Notes under the pieces: generated by a model
What the model was told of the DNA's origin: nothing
The model's input: only the letters and a program-made list of their open reading frames with translations
Database searches by the model: none
Origin: a virus
UHGV virus genome: UHGV-0362136
Length of the DNA: 38,030 nt
Direction: 5' to 3' (one strand)
Part shown: one piece after another, positions 14,966 to 24,300 of the stretch
Layout: each line of letters begins with the position of its first letter
Position numbering within the stretch: the first letter of the stretch is position 1
Position numbers and translations under genes: made by a program

Positions 14966-15810
14966 TTGGCCTTTCGCTCGATCTCAGACAGGCGGTTTTC
15001 GATAGCCTGGATGCGGTTGCGGCATTCCAGCACGTAGTACCAGACAGACCACAGCGCATCCTTGGTGGACCACTTCTTGCCGGTGACGGGATTCTTCACC
15101 CAGGACAAATTCTCGATCTTGCTTTTGAGGGTGCCGTTCTGCGTCTGGACGACGCCAATGTCGTAGTGGAGCTGGTCGTTTGAGGCCTTGATGAGCTTGG
15201 TCAGGGTGTTGATGTCGGACATGCTGAGTTCTCCCTCTGAAGTGGTGTTTTTTCCTTGGACGGCGGCAATGAATTTATCCCACGGGAAGTAGGGTCCCGG
15301 GTCGTCGTGGTCGGATTGGTGAAAAGCGTCGGACACGTTGTCGTGTCCGCAAATGCCAGACATCCCGTTCTTCACCTGCGCGGTGGTGAGTTTGCGAACC
15401 GGGATGTGGTGGCGGTGGCAGATGCCGCGGGCGAGAATGGCGGCGCGCTCCACGGCGGGCCATACCTGCGGCGATAGCCACTGCTCACGAGTGTATGCAT
15501 GAGAAGGATTCTCAAATGAGGCGCGTGAGCCGCCATCGGAGCAGATCTCGATACCGATGGAGTGGCTGTTCGGCGGGGCGTGATAGCCGATGGTGTTCTC
15601 GGGCAGACATTGGACCGTGGTCGTGACGTCGACGACGTAGTGGGCAGAAGCGGGGCGGGATGTTGACGCAAAATACCCCGCGGTGGAGACCGCCCTACCC
15701 GCCCGCGATGCCGACGGGAACCCCACGTCAGGGCAGGTCGAATGTATGACCAGCCGGGTGACCGGTGCGTTGGTATTGCCGCCGTGATGGCGGGCCTGGA
15801 TGAATGTCAT
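14962..15810 (-). CDS. endolysin, N-acetylmuramoyl-L-alanine amidase (amidase_2/PGRP fold) with C-terminal cell-wall-binding region
   Basis: MTFIQARHHGGNTNAPVTRLVIHSTCPDVGFPSASRAGRAVSTAGYFAS...SAHYVVD...GYHAPPNSHSIGIEICS...DHDDPGPYFPWDKF...SWVKNPVTGKKWSTKDALWSVWYYVLECR. From memory this is very close to C. acnes phage endolysins. Confidence 0.9.
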   Translation of the reverse strand: MTFIQARHHGGNTNAPVTRLVIHSTCPDVGFPSASRAGRAVSTAGYFASTSRPASAHYVVDVTTTVQCLPENTIGYHAPPNSHSIGIEICSDGGSRASFENPSHAYTREQWLSPQVWPAVERAAILARGICHRHHIPVRKLTTAQVKNGMSGICGHDNVSDAFHQSDHDDPGPYFPWDKFIAAVQGKNTTSEGELSMSDINTLTKLIKASNDQLHYDIGVVQTQNGTLKSKIENLSWVKNPVTGKKWSTKDALWSVWYYVLECRNRIQAIENRLSEIERKAK

Positions 15811-15951
15811 GTCATGTCTCCTCGTCGTGTGTGTGATGCATTCGCCGTAGTCCCATCCTCAGCAGGTCAGGTGTCCGGTGGTCATGTCGGGTTCGTGGAC
15901 TGCTGGGCACAGATGGTGCAAATGGTGCGCTCGTCATGTACCATTAGTTCT

Positions 15952-16587
15952 ATGGCATACAGATACACGGGCGTTCCCCTCGTCTCTTCGATAGTTGAGC
16001 AACTGATCCCCGATATGGGCCTAACGGGCCCGATGACAAGAAATGAGATCATCGGTTTGGTGACCGACGAGCACATCAAGCGCGGCGGCCTGCCGCCGAA
16101 AGCCTCGGCGACCTCCGTTGTGAAGCGCGCGTTGAAGCACCTTGCGGAGGCCGGCCGGGCGGAATCAGTCTCGTATGGCTACTGGCGCTTCGTGGATGCC
16201 ACCAGCCCATCCGAGATTAAAGAGCCGGTCGAGATCGGCGAGGGCAAGGAGTCTGTTTACGTGTACTACTTCCCCGCCTACCGGGACCAGGCTGCATACC
16301 TCGGCCATGAAGACTGGCCCCTCAAGATCGGAAGAACAGCCGGTGAGGTCGGCTACCGGATCAAGGACCAGGGCACAACGGCCATGCCGGAAGACCCGAT
16401 CATCGGGATGATCTACCGGACCGACGACGCCACCAGTGCGGAGCGCCTTCTCCACGCGATGCTTACCCAGCGAGGGAAGCGTGTGTCGGGTGCGCCCGGT
16501 AAAGAATGGTTCATGACGAGCGTCCGGGAGATCCGAGAGATTCTCGACTTCGCCACTGGTTCCTTGACCGAGGCCAGCGCGTCCTAG
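15952..16587 (+). CDS. Mrr_N-like winged-helix + T5orf172 (GIY-YIG-like) domain protein, opposite strand to the late operon; start uncertain (15913-16033)
   Basis: N-terminal part ...TRNEIIGLVTDEHIKRGG...VVKRALKHLAEAGRAESVSYGYWRFV is Mrr_N-like. C-terminal SVYVYYFPAYR...PLKIGRTAGEVGYRIKDQGTTAMPEDP...ERLLHAMLTQRG...GKEWFMTSVREIREIL matches the T5orf172 pattern (YVY..., KIG.T, E..lH, EWF). Region is visibly lower GC. Confidence 0.5.
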   Translation: MAYRYTGVPLVSSIVEQLIPDMGLTGPMTRNEIIGLVTDEHIKRGGLPPKASATSVVKRALKHLAEAGRAESVSYGYWRFVDATSPSEIKEPVEIGEGKESVYVYYFPAYRDQAAYLGHEDWPLKIGRTAGEVGYRIKDQGTTAMPEDPIIGMIYRTDDATSAERLLHAMLTQRGKRVSGAPGKEWFMTSVREIREILDFATGSLTEASAS

Positions 16588-17306
16588 CTAGGCATGGATG
16601 TGGGCTGAGACTTGCAAGCAGTAGCGCCGGACACAATATCCCCGGGGTCGCCCGGTGCGCTGTCCGTCCATCTCACTCGCAAGTTGCCGTCTGAGTCACA
16701 AGCAATCGAGACGATCCCGCGCCCGGCAGGCCCACGTTCTCCCGTGGCGTCCTTGCCCGGTTGGCCTGGGTCCCCTTTATCGCCCTTCGGACCCGGGACC
16801 GTAGAATCAGCACCGGGCTGGCCGGTAGCATCTCGACCCGGTTGGCCTGGGGCTCCCGTGGCGTCCCGGCCGGGCTGGCCCGTGGCATCCTTCCCAGGTC
16901 TGCCAGCGGCGCCAGCCTTCCCGGTGGCATCACGTCCAGGCCTCCCGGCTGGCCCTATGGGCCCTGCCGGGCCGGGGGCTCCGGCGGTGGGCGCGGGGGC
17001 GTCACGAACCCGAGATTCGATGCGGCTGGCCTCATCGCACAGGCCCGCCTGTCGCAGTGACCGACCCTCATCGGTGCTGGTCGCGCACGCGGCCTTGACG
17101 CGACCGGCCAGCGATTTCGCGGCGTCGGCGTTGCTGGCGGCCTGTGATCCGGCGGCGTCTCGCTGACCCTGGATGTGTCCGGCCCAGCCTGTCAGCGCGG
17201 CCACCACGATCACGAGGAGCGCCAGCAGGACAGCCTGCCACACGTTGAGGCGCTCCGATGATCGGCGCTGGCGGCGTTCTGTTTCGAGTTCATTCGTCGG
17301 CTGCAT
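16584..17306 (-). CDS. membrane-anchored collagen-like repeat protein
   Basis: N-terminal TM helix WQAVLLALLVIVVAALTGW, then about 30 G-X-Y triplets (GPAGPIGPAGRPGRDATGKAGAAGRPGKDATGQPGRDATGAPGQPGRDATGQPG...GPKGDKGDPGQPGKDATGERGPAG), then a roughly 50-aa C-terminal domain with 2 Cys. Confidence 0.6.
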   Translation of the reverse strand: MQPTNELETERRQRRSSERLNVWQAVLLALLVIVVAALTGWAGHIQGQRDAAGSQAASNADAAKSLAGRVKAACATSTDEGRSLRQAGLCDEASRIESRVRDAPAPTAGAPGPAGPIGPAGRPGRDATGKAGAAGRPGKDATGQPGRDATGAPGQPGRDATGQPGADSTVPGPKGDKGDPGQPGKDATGERGPAGRGIVSIACDSDGNLRVRWTDSAPGDPGDIVSGATACKSQPTSMPS

Positions 17307-17544
17307 TGGTCATCCAATCTGGCAGGTCAGGCAGGGAAATCGGGGCTGCAGTGCCGGGTAGAGACGCGTTGTAGCGGCGTGCAGCGCGGCGGGCCTCATA
17401 GGCCCACTCCTCAAGTGCGTCGATCTGGGCGGCCTGGTGGCGCTGGATTTTGCGGGACCTGTGCGTCAGTGCTGGCAGTGCCGTGAGCAGGGCTGCCAGG
17501 ACTGTCGCGATCCCGGTGACGATCGTGGAGGCCAGCCCTCCCAT
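17290..17544 (-). CDS. small membrane protein (84 aa; 1 TM + charged C-terminus), holin-like/accessory lysis candidate
   Basis: MGGLASTIVTGIATVLAALLTALPAL then a highly charged tail. ORF track. Confidence 0.35.
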   Translation of the reverse strand: MGGLASTIVTGIATVLAALLTALPALTHRSRKIQRHQAAQIDALEEWAYEARRAARRYNASLPGTAAPISLPDLPDWMTNAADE

Positions 17545-17554
17545 GGCGGCCTCC

Positions 17555-17992
17555 TCAGGTCAGGTCGTGCTCACTCCATGCGGCGGCGGTCAACAGTGCC
17601 AGCGGGGTGCACACGAGCAGGCCGAGCATGGGGGCGACGAGCGAGGCGGGCGGTCTCGTGTCGACCGACCATGCCAGGTCGAGGGCGGACCACACCGCCC
17701 ATGCGGCGGCGCTGAGGCTGGCCCCGGCGATCCCCCATAGATGCGACGGGCGGACAGCCGCAATGGCGAGGATGACGGCTGCGGCCCCGTGGACGCTCAC
17801 CCACCACCAGTCGTCGACCAGGGCGACTGGCTGTGACAGCCCGTGGATCGGCAGGATCGCCGGTGCGGCCCGGTCGGCCAGGTGCAGGCTCAGCATGAGC
17901 ACGTGCGTCCACGCCAGCAGGACTGTGATGCGCACGACCAGGTGCGGGCGATGGCGCAGGTGAGCGAGAAGCTGGCGCACGTCGTGTCGCAT
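17555..17992 (-). CDS. integral membrane protein (about 4 TM helices)
   Basis: Start probably MRHDVRQ (the ORF-track start at 18004 would overlap the upstream gene). Multiple hydrophobic segments with WWW motif. Confidence 0.35.
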   Translation of the reverse strand: MRHDVRQLLAHLRHRPHLVVRITVLLAWTHVLMLSLHLADRAAPAILPIHGLSQPVALVDDWWWVSVHGAAAVILAIAAVRPSHLWGIAGASLSAAAWAVWSALDLAWSVDTRPPASLVAPMLGLLVCTPLALLTAAAWSEHDLT

Positions 17993-17993
17993 G

Positions 17994-18425
17994 TCACCTC
18001 CCAAATGCCTGCCAGGCTGCCGTGATGGGTGCGCTTACCCCAGCCGCGCTCCCGTCGACCGTGTAGATGACGAGAGTGAATCCGGTCGTGGTGACCTTAG
18101 ATGCGGAGACTGCCCACATGGCCGTGCCGCCGGGGAGTGAATCGCCGCGTGAGGCGATGACCGATGGCGGAGCCGCGAAGGTGTTCTTGAAGGATATTTG
18201 GTATGTGTATGCAGCGGACCCTGACGGTCGGATGTCCTTCGTGCCAGATTCGAAGTGGCCAAAGCCCAGGCTGTCAGTGGCGGCCTTAGTGGCGTCGGAA
18301 GTCTGCTTGATGGCGGCTACGTCGGTATCGATCGCGGTGGCAAGCTTTTTGACGTCGCCAGGGATGTCTACCGGGTCGCCGGTGGTGGGAAACGGGTAGT
18401 TACGGTTGGTGGTTGATCCAGCCAT
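17994..18425 (-). CDS. minor tail protein / tail fibre tip candidate (143 aa)
   Basis: Position downstream of the tail fibre genes. Gly/Thr/Ala-rich beta-type sequence. Confidence 0.35.
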   Translation of the reverse strand: MAGSTTNRNYPFPTTGDPVDIPGDVKKLATAIDTDVAAIKQTSDATKAATDSLGFGHFESGTKDIRPSGSAAYTYQISFKNTFAAPPSVIASRGDSLPGGTAMWAVSASKVTTTGFTLVIYTVDGSAAGVSAPITAAWQAFGR

Positions 18426-18426
18426 G

Positions 18427-19419
18427 TCATCTCCTTGTGATCGTGATTTGTCCTGAGGTCACGTTGCTGCCTGCCCCGACGAGGGAGGCGATGTCGGCTG
18501 CTCCCGTGGCGGTGACCCCGACCCCCTGCGCTGCTCCGGTGAGGAGCTGCTGGGTGATGGTGGCGGGTAGGGGGATGGTGCGGGTTTCTCTGGGCAGCCA
18601 TACACCGACGTCGACAGGGTTTCCGACGGCGGTTGGCGTGTCTGCGCGTGTGGATGCCGTGTGCCCCACGAGATGGATGGTTGCGGGGGTTTCGCCCCCG
18701 CCGCCACGAGTGATGGTGATCGTCGCTGAGGCGGATCTCCAGTCGGAGACAGCGTCGATGTGGGCGTCATAGAGCCAGCAGGCCAGCGTCGCCCCTGTGC
18801 CGGTCGTGGACCCCTGGATGAGGGTGTCGTCGGCGGACCAGCTGCCATCCCATGTGCCGGAGTCGACGGCCTGTAGTGTGACGGTGGTGGGGTCGTCTGG
18901 TGGGGTGAGGACGTCCGGGAGGGCTGTTGTTGCCTGTGCTGGGCTGTCGGGCTGGACTTTCCACGCGATATCAGGGGGTAGCTTGCGCGTCCAGCCCCGA
19001 GTGCCGTTGGCGACGGCCCCGTCGATGGTCCACTCGATGGACACGGCACTGCCCGCAGACAGGTACCCCGACCCCGGAAGGGCGGTAAAGGTACAGCCTC
19101 CGAGGGTTGGGTGAGTCGCCTGCACTGTGACATCTCGGATGTCGTTCGCGTTGGCCATGTTGAGACTCACGAGCGTTCCGAAAGTCGGACGCCAGGCCAG
19201 TGACCGGACAACCCGGATAGGGCCGACAGGCGACGGCTCGACAATGACGATGTCGCCATCCTGGTGCCACCACCCCGCCATCTCGTTGACGGCGTCGAGC
19301 TGCGAGCCGTTGACGATGACCGACATAATGCCGGGGCCAGCGTGATTTCCCGACACGATGCCGGTTCGCGGCATCTCGTCGGTGCGTACAGCAACAATGT
19401 CGGTGAAAATGTCAGCCAT
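18427..19419 (-). CDS. minor tail protein / receptor-binding candidate (330 aa)
   Basis: Position after Tal-like gene. Thr/Gly-rich with repeated TxT beta motifs. Confidence 0.45.
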   Translation of the reverse strand: MADIFTDIVAVRTDEMPRTGIVSGNHAGPGIMSVIVNGSQLDAVNEMAGWWHQDGDIVIVEPSPVGPIRVVRSLAWRPTFGTLVSLNMANANDIRDVTVQATHPTLGGCTFTALPGSGYLSAGSAVSIEWTIDGAVANGTRGWTRKLPPDIAWKVQPDSPAQATTALPDVLTPPDDPTTVTLQAVDSGTWDGSWSADDTLIQGSTTGTGATLACWLYDAHIDAVSDWRSASATITITRGGGGETPATIHLVGHTASTRADTPTAVGNPVDVGVWLPRETRTIPLPATITQQLLTGAAQGVGVTATGAADIASLVGAGSNVTSGQITITRR

Positions 19420-20542
19420 GCCACACCTTCTGCCATGGAACCTGAACGGTGAGCTTCATCGTGCCGTTGTCGATGTCGACCTTGGTTATGAGGCCGGACA
19501 TAGCGTCACCGCCGGGTAGCGCGATGGATGCCGTGTCGAGGACATCGATGGCGGGGTTCGCGGGGGCCTCGATGGTGATGTTGGCCATGCGGGAGCTGTG
19601 TACGGATGCCAGTTTCTTGTCGGCGGCGGCGTTAGCGTACTGGGTGGAGTGGACGAGCTTGGAGGTGGAGATGTCTGGGATGCGACCGAAGGGGCCTCCC
19701 CAGGCGAGTGGTCCTTCGCGGTCGTAGGCGGCACCCCAGATTTCGAATCGGTTTCCGGTGTCGGTTTCGGCTTTGACGGCGGCTCCGTTGACGAGGCCGG
19801 TGCGGGAGGCCTCGGGGGTCCAGGAGACGGCCACGTCGGTGCCCACCCGGTACGTCCAGGTGGTACCCGTGCCAGCAGTGGACGAGATGAGCTGGAGGAG
19901 ACCGGAGCGGTCGCACCAGATGGTGCGCCCATCAATGGCGACCAGCTGGAGTGCGGCATCGAGCTTGGTAGACCCCCACTCCATGTCTGAGGGGACTGGG
20001 GTGGTGGCTGACCAGCGACCGAGCCGGATATCGACGCCCTTGACGATGCGCGCCCAGGCGTCGCGGACAGTCTGAGCGTGAGGCTGGACCCAGTTGGTCC
20101 ACTTCTCGTCGGCGAGCTGCTGCAGCATGTCGCGGGCGGTGGGCTGGAGAGTCTGCCCACCGGTCCACCACTGGCCGTTGGACTGTAGCACCATGGCCGA
20201 CGACCCGTCGGGGCCAGAATCCTCGATGCGAAAAACGCCGATGGGGATGATTTGCCGCCATGCGTCGCCGACTGTGAGCATCGCCCTGACGATGAGCTGC
20301 TGCCCCCACGGAGCCAGCGGGGAGAGCGGGTCCGGGGTGAAGAGGCTCGAGTCGGGGTCGGAGATGGTGGCCTTGACCTCGCGGGTGATCTGCTGGCCAT
20401 CCCATGACGCCGAGAGCGTCAGCGAGTCGACCTGGATGTCCGAGGCGAGGACCTTACCGCCGCGCACGGCGGTTGCCAGCCAGAGGAGCTGGTGGGGTGA
20501 TGACAGGGCGTCATTCCACAGTGACGATACTGGGTATCCCAT
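19412..20542 (-). CDS. tail protein, Tal-like (tail-associated/baseplate hub candidate)
   Basis: Start at MGYPVSSLWND whose ATG overlaps the Dit stop (TGATGG). Position immediately after Dit. Confidence 0.5.
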   Translation of the reverse strand: MGYPVSSLWNDALSSPHQLLWLATAVRGGKVLASDIQVDSLTLSASWDGQQITREVKATISDPDSSLFTPDPLSPLAPWGQQLIVRAMLTVGDAWRQIIPIGVFRIEDSGPDGSSAMVLQSNGQWWTGGQTLQPTARDMLQQLADEKWTNWVQPHAQTVRDAWARIVKGVDIRLGRWSATTPVPSDMEWGSTKLDAALQLVAIDGRTIWCDRSGLLQLISSTAGTGTTWTYRVGTDVAVSWTPEASRTGLVNGAAVKAETDTGNRFEIWGAAYDREGPLAWGGPFGRIPDISTSKLVHSTQYANAAADKKLASVHSSRMANITIEAPANPAIDVLDTASIALPGGDAMSGLITKVDIDNGTMKLTVQVPWQKVWHG

Positions 20543-21366
20543 CAGAAAATACCCCGCTGTGCGTCCAGGTAGGTTGTCCACAGTGACGGCAGCCCGGCAT
20601 AGATGGTGACGCCCTGGGCTCGCGCATAGTCGGCGAGGCCCTGATAGGTCCACGGGGCGACGATGACAGGCAGCACGCCTGGATCGACCTCGTCGCCGGT
20701 GATGGTCCAGGTTGTCTCGGTGTGGCCGGGGTTGTCGGCGAAGTCGCGCTCGCGTCGCTCCACCGCCTCGGCGACGGTCATGTACAGCAGGCCGGTACGG
20801 TGCCGGATGGCTGGGGCGCGGACGAGCACGGTGATGGATCGGCGCAGCAGGTCCTCGAATTGCTGGGCGGTGTCAAGGTCGGGCAGGCGTATGACGAGGG
20901 TTCGCTTGCCGCCGAGCTGGCGGACTCCGACGACCGCCGAGGGCAGGTTGGTGGTCCATCCTGGCGTGGAGAGGGTGACGCTCTGATCGAAGCTCACCTC
21001 GTCGTCGGAGCCTGCCATGAGGTCGACGTGGAGGGCACTTGCCGGGTCGAGGGGGTTGGATATCCAGCAGGTGTCACAGTCGATGGTGCCTGTCTGGAAG
21101 GACGCTACCCGGTTCTCTAGATGGCCTCCGTTGGATTTCATGGCGAGTGCCCGGTATGTGACGTTTGCGCCGAGAGGGGCGTCCCAGTCGACGACGAGCC
21201 CCTGATTTCCGGAGATGATGACATTTTCCGCGCCACGCACGGGGGTCTCACTAGACCCCACAATCCGACTGACGCTCATCCGCTCGGTGCCGGATGGGGT
21301 GTCGCCGACCGTGATGGTCATATGGGGTGGATCATCGGCCCAGGTGGCGGTGATGGTCATGCTCAT
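20542..21366 (-). CDS. distal tail protein (Dit-like, siphovirus tail family)
   Basis: Start MSMTITATW overlaps the tape-measure stop (ATGA) with AGGAGCACACG upstream. Size and position are diagnostic. Confidence 0.55.
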   Translation of the reverse strand: MSMTITATWADDPPHMTITVGDTPSGTERMSVSRIVGSSETPVRGAENVIISGNQGLVVDWDAPLGANVTYRALAMKSNGGHLENRVASFQTGTIDCDTCWISNPLDPASALHVDLMAGSDDEVSFDQSVTLSTPGWTTNLPSAVVGVRQLGGKRTLVIRLPDLDTAQQFEDLLRRSITVLVRAPAIRHRTGLLYMTVAEAVERRERDFADNPGHTETTWTITGDEVDPGVLPVIVAPWTYQGLADYARAQGVTIYAGLPSLWTTYLDAQRGIF

Positions 21367-24300
21367 CGTGTGCTCCTGACGAGATTGCGTGCCGTGGAGC
21401 GGTTGGCGGCGATGATCTTGGCATCTACCGCGTTGGCGAGCCCCGGCACGGACAGGGTGATGTGTACCCCGGACAGGTCGAGGCCGCCCGCGCCGTAGCC
21501 GGGCTGGGCGGTTCCCGGCGGGGTGATGGGACGCGACGATCCCTGGGCTGGCAGCGCGCCGAGGCGGCGCCCTGTCTCCTGCCACAGCTGGAGAGACTGC
21601 GCACGCTTGGAGGGCGACAGCGGGATGTATGCCTCGCCTCCGGTTTCCGGCTCGCCCCAGATGCGCAGCCCGGAGCCGCTGGAGAATCCGCCGTCGGCGA
21701 AGTGGGTGGCCGACACGAGCCCCAGCCGGTCAGAGACGCGTTTGAGGGAGTTGGAGGCAGAGTTGAGGCTGTTGACGGCCTTCTTCCCGCCTGCAAGCAC
21801 GTCGCCTGCCAGCTGAAGGCCGCTCGGCCCCATAGCGGTGATGGTGTCGATGTTGTCCTGGGACAGGCCGAGGTTGCGCAGCCTGGCGAGCCTCCACCGG
21901 AACAGGTCGAGCTCTTCGACGCCTTGGCGCATGGAGGCCGCCCAGTCCTGCCAGGACCCGCCGACCCGGTAGTCCTTCGCCATGGACGCGCCCGCCTGCT
22001 CCGCTGCACGGGCCAGTGCCTCCTGGGCTTGGCGTGCCTTGTCGGTGGCCTCTTTCTCCTTGTCCTTGGCGGCATTGAGGGCGTCGCCGAGTTTCTTTTC
22101 GTTCTTGGAGTGGCGGCGGCGTGCGTTCCACCAGGCACGAGAGGCGCGCTCGCGTGCCCTAGTGGCGTTGGCGGCGTCCTGGACCGCCTGAATGTAGTCG
22201 ACGAGCTCACCTGTGGGGCGGGCCTCGATATTGAGGATGGCGCGTGCCTGGCTGCCGCTGATGCCGCCGTTGGCGAACCATTGCACAGCCCCGCCGAGAC
22301 GCTGAACGGTTTGTGTCGCGATTTCGCGGGAGCGGCCCCGCTTGGATCGAGCGAAGGGGATGTAGGCTTCACCTTCTGTTTCGGGCTCTGCCCAAACACG
22401 CCAGGTGCCAGCCTTAGCGATTTGGGCATCATGGCGCTCGTAGAGGCCGCCGTTGGCGTGGAACACTCCCTTGAGGGCGCTTCCCACGGTGTGCACAGTG
22501 GCTGTCACTGTCGTGAACAGCGGCCTGGTGAGGGCCTGGAGGGCCGAGCGTGCCCCACTGGTGTTGGCGTGGGCGGATACGCTCACGCGCTTGCCGTTGA
22601 CGCGGCTTGCTGTGCTTCCCAGACTCTTGACCTGCCCAGTCGCCCTGGTGGCCCCTGGCGCGGATGTGGCGACACGAGGACGTTTGCGCCCAACGCTATC
22701 GGCGGCCGATCCGACCTTGGCGAGCTGACTGCTGGTCCTGGCAGCGGTTGGCGCCGAAGGCCTGACTTGGGGGCGCTTCTTGCCGAGTTGATTGGCCGCA
22801 CCCGACACCTTGAGAAGGTTATTAAAGGCGTTACCGGACCCGGGCGCGCCAACCTTGACATTAGCTTTGCGTCCGTTGACCTTCTTGGCCTTTGTGTCGA
22901 CCTTTTGCAGCCCAGAGAGAGTGCCATTGGTGTTCTTCAACCCCAGCGGGATGAGGACGTTTTTGCCGTCAAGCTTGTCAACCTTGTATTTAAGGCCATC
23001 GATTTGGACGGTAGCGCCATAGGCTCCGGGAGCCGACGCGGTGACGAGAACCTTTTTCCCGTCAACGCTGGTGGCCTCCTTGCTCAGGATTTTGAGGTCT
23101 CGGGAGGCGCCGTCCTGCATGGTCGCTTTGACCACAATCGGCGGACTGGAATACATGGACCAGGTTTGCGTGCGCAGGTCTTGCAGCTGTTTGGATGCGT
23201 CGTCGAATCCTTTGGACTCGGCGGTGGCAGCCACCTTGAGCTGCTGCTCCTTGGGGAGCGCTTCGAGGTCGGTTTTGAGGGTGTCGACGGCTTTGGCGTC
23301 AGTTTCGCCCTTGATGCGGACGCGTACACCATCCTTGGTGTACTGGATGATGCCATCCATTTCCGCCTTGAAGGCATTGGCCCGGGAAATGGCGGCGTCA
23401 AACCCGTCGGCCTTGGCGGTGGCAGCCACCTTGATCTGCTTGTCCTTGGGAAGCTGCTCCATCTTGGTGCGCAGCCGGTCGAGGTCTGCGGTTGCCGTGG
23501 CCTTGACCTTGAGAGTGATGCCCTGTTTTGTCACCGTCGTGGAGACGGTGTTCTGCAATTGCTGCAGCTGCTTCTTGGCTTCGTCCAGGCCCTTGGTTTT
23601 CGCGGTGATGGACACCTTTTGAGCGGCCGCCTTGGAGAGGCCGTCGAGCTGCTCGCGGAGGGCGTGGACCTTTCCGGGGTCGGTGTTGCCCTTGATCTCC
23701 ACCGTCACGCCGTGCTTGGTGGTTTCCTGGAGCCCTTTGGCCTGCTTCTCGAAGTCCTTGGCTTGGGCCATCGCCGCCTTAAATCCCTTGGTTTTCGCGG
23801 TGGCGAGGACTTGGGACTGCTTCTTGGGCGGGACCTTGGCGAGCTCGGCGTTGAGCTGCATCACCTGGGCGTGGGTGCCGCCCTTGATGATGGTCTCCAC
23901 CTGGACGCGCTTCTTGTCTGGGACGATCCCCAGCGATTTCGCCAGCTTCTCGTTGGCGACGGCGGCACGGTTGACCGCCGACGGCACCTCTCCGCGCAGC
24001 CAGCCCGCGTAGTCCTTGGCGGACAGCCCGGTGACGCCGAGCTGGTGGGCTGTCGCGGACAGACCCTCCTGGAGCTTCGGGAACAACGACATGAGCTTGT
24101 CGTCACTGATGTGGTTGGCCTTGGCCGCATCGGCGATTTGTTCCCAGTTGCGCTGCAAGTCTCCCCAGGCGTGCGACCCGGCGAGCCCCGACAGGGCCTC
24201 GTCGAATTTCCCGAGCTGCGCCTTGGACTGCTGCGACAGGTCTGCAGCGGAGCCAACCAGGGAGGCGAACCGCCCCTCTTGGCGCTCCAGGAAGCTCAGG

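Noticed and set aside
16612-17166. 184-aa plus-strand ORF
   Set aside because: Mirror of the collagen-like GXY repeats on the minus strand (reads as PGWP repeats). No independent evidence.
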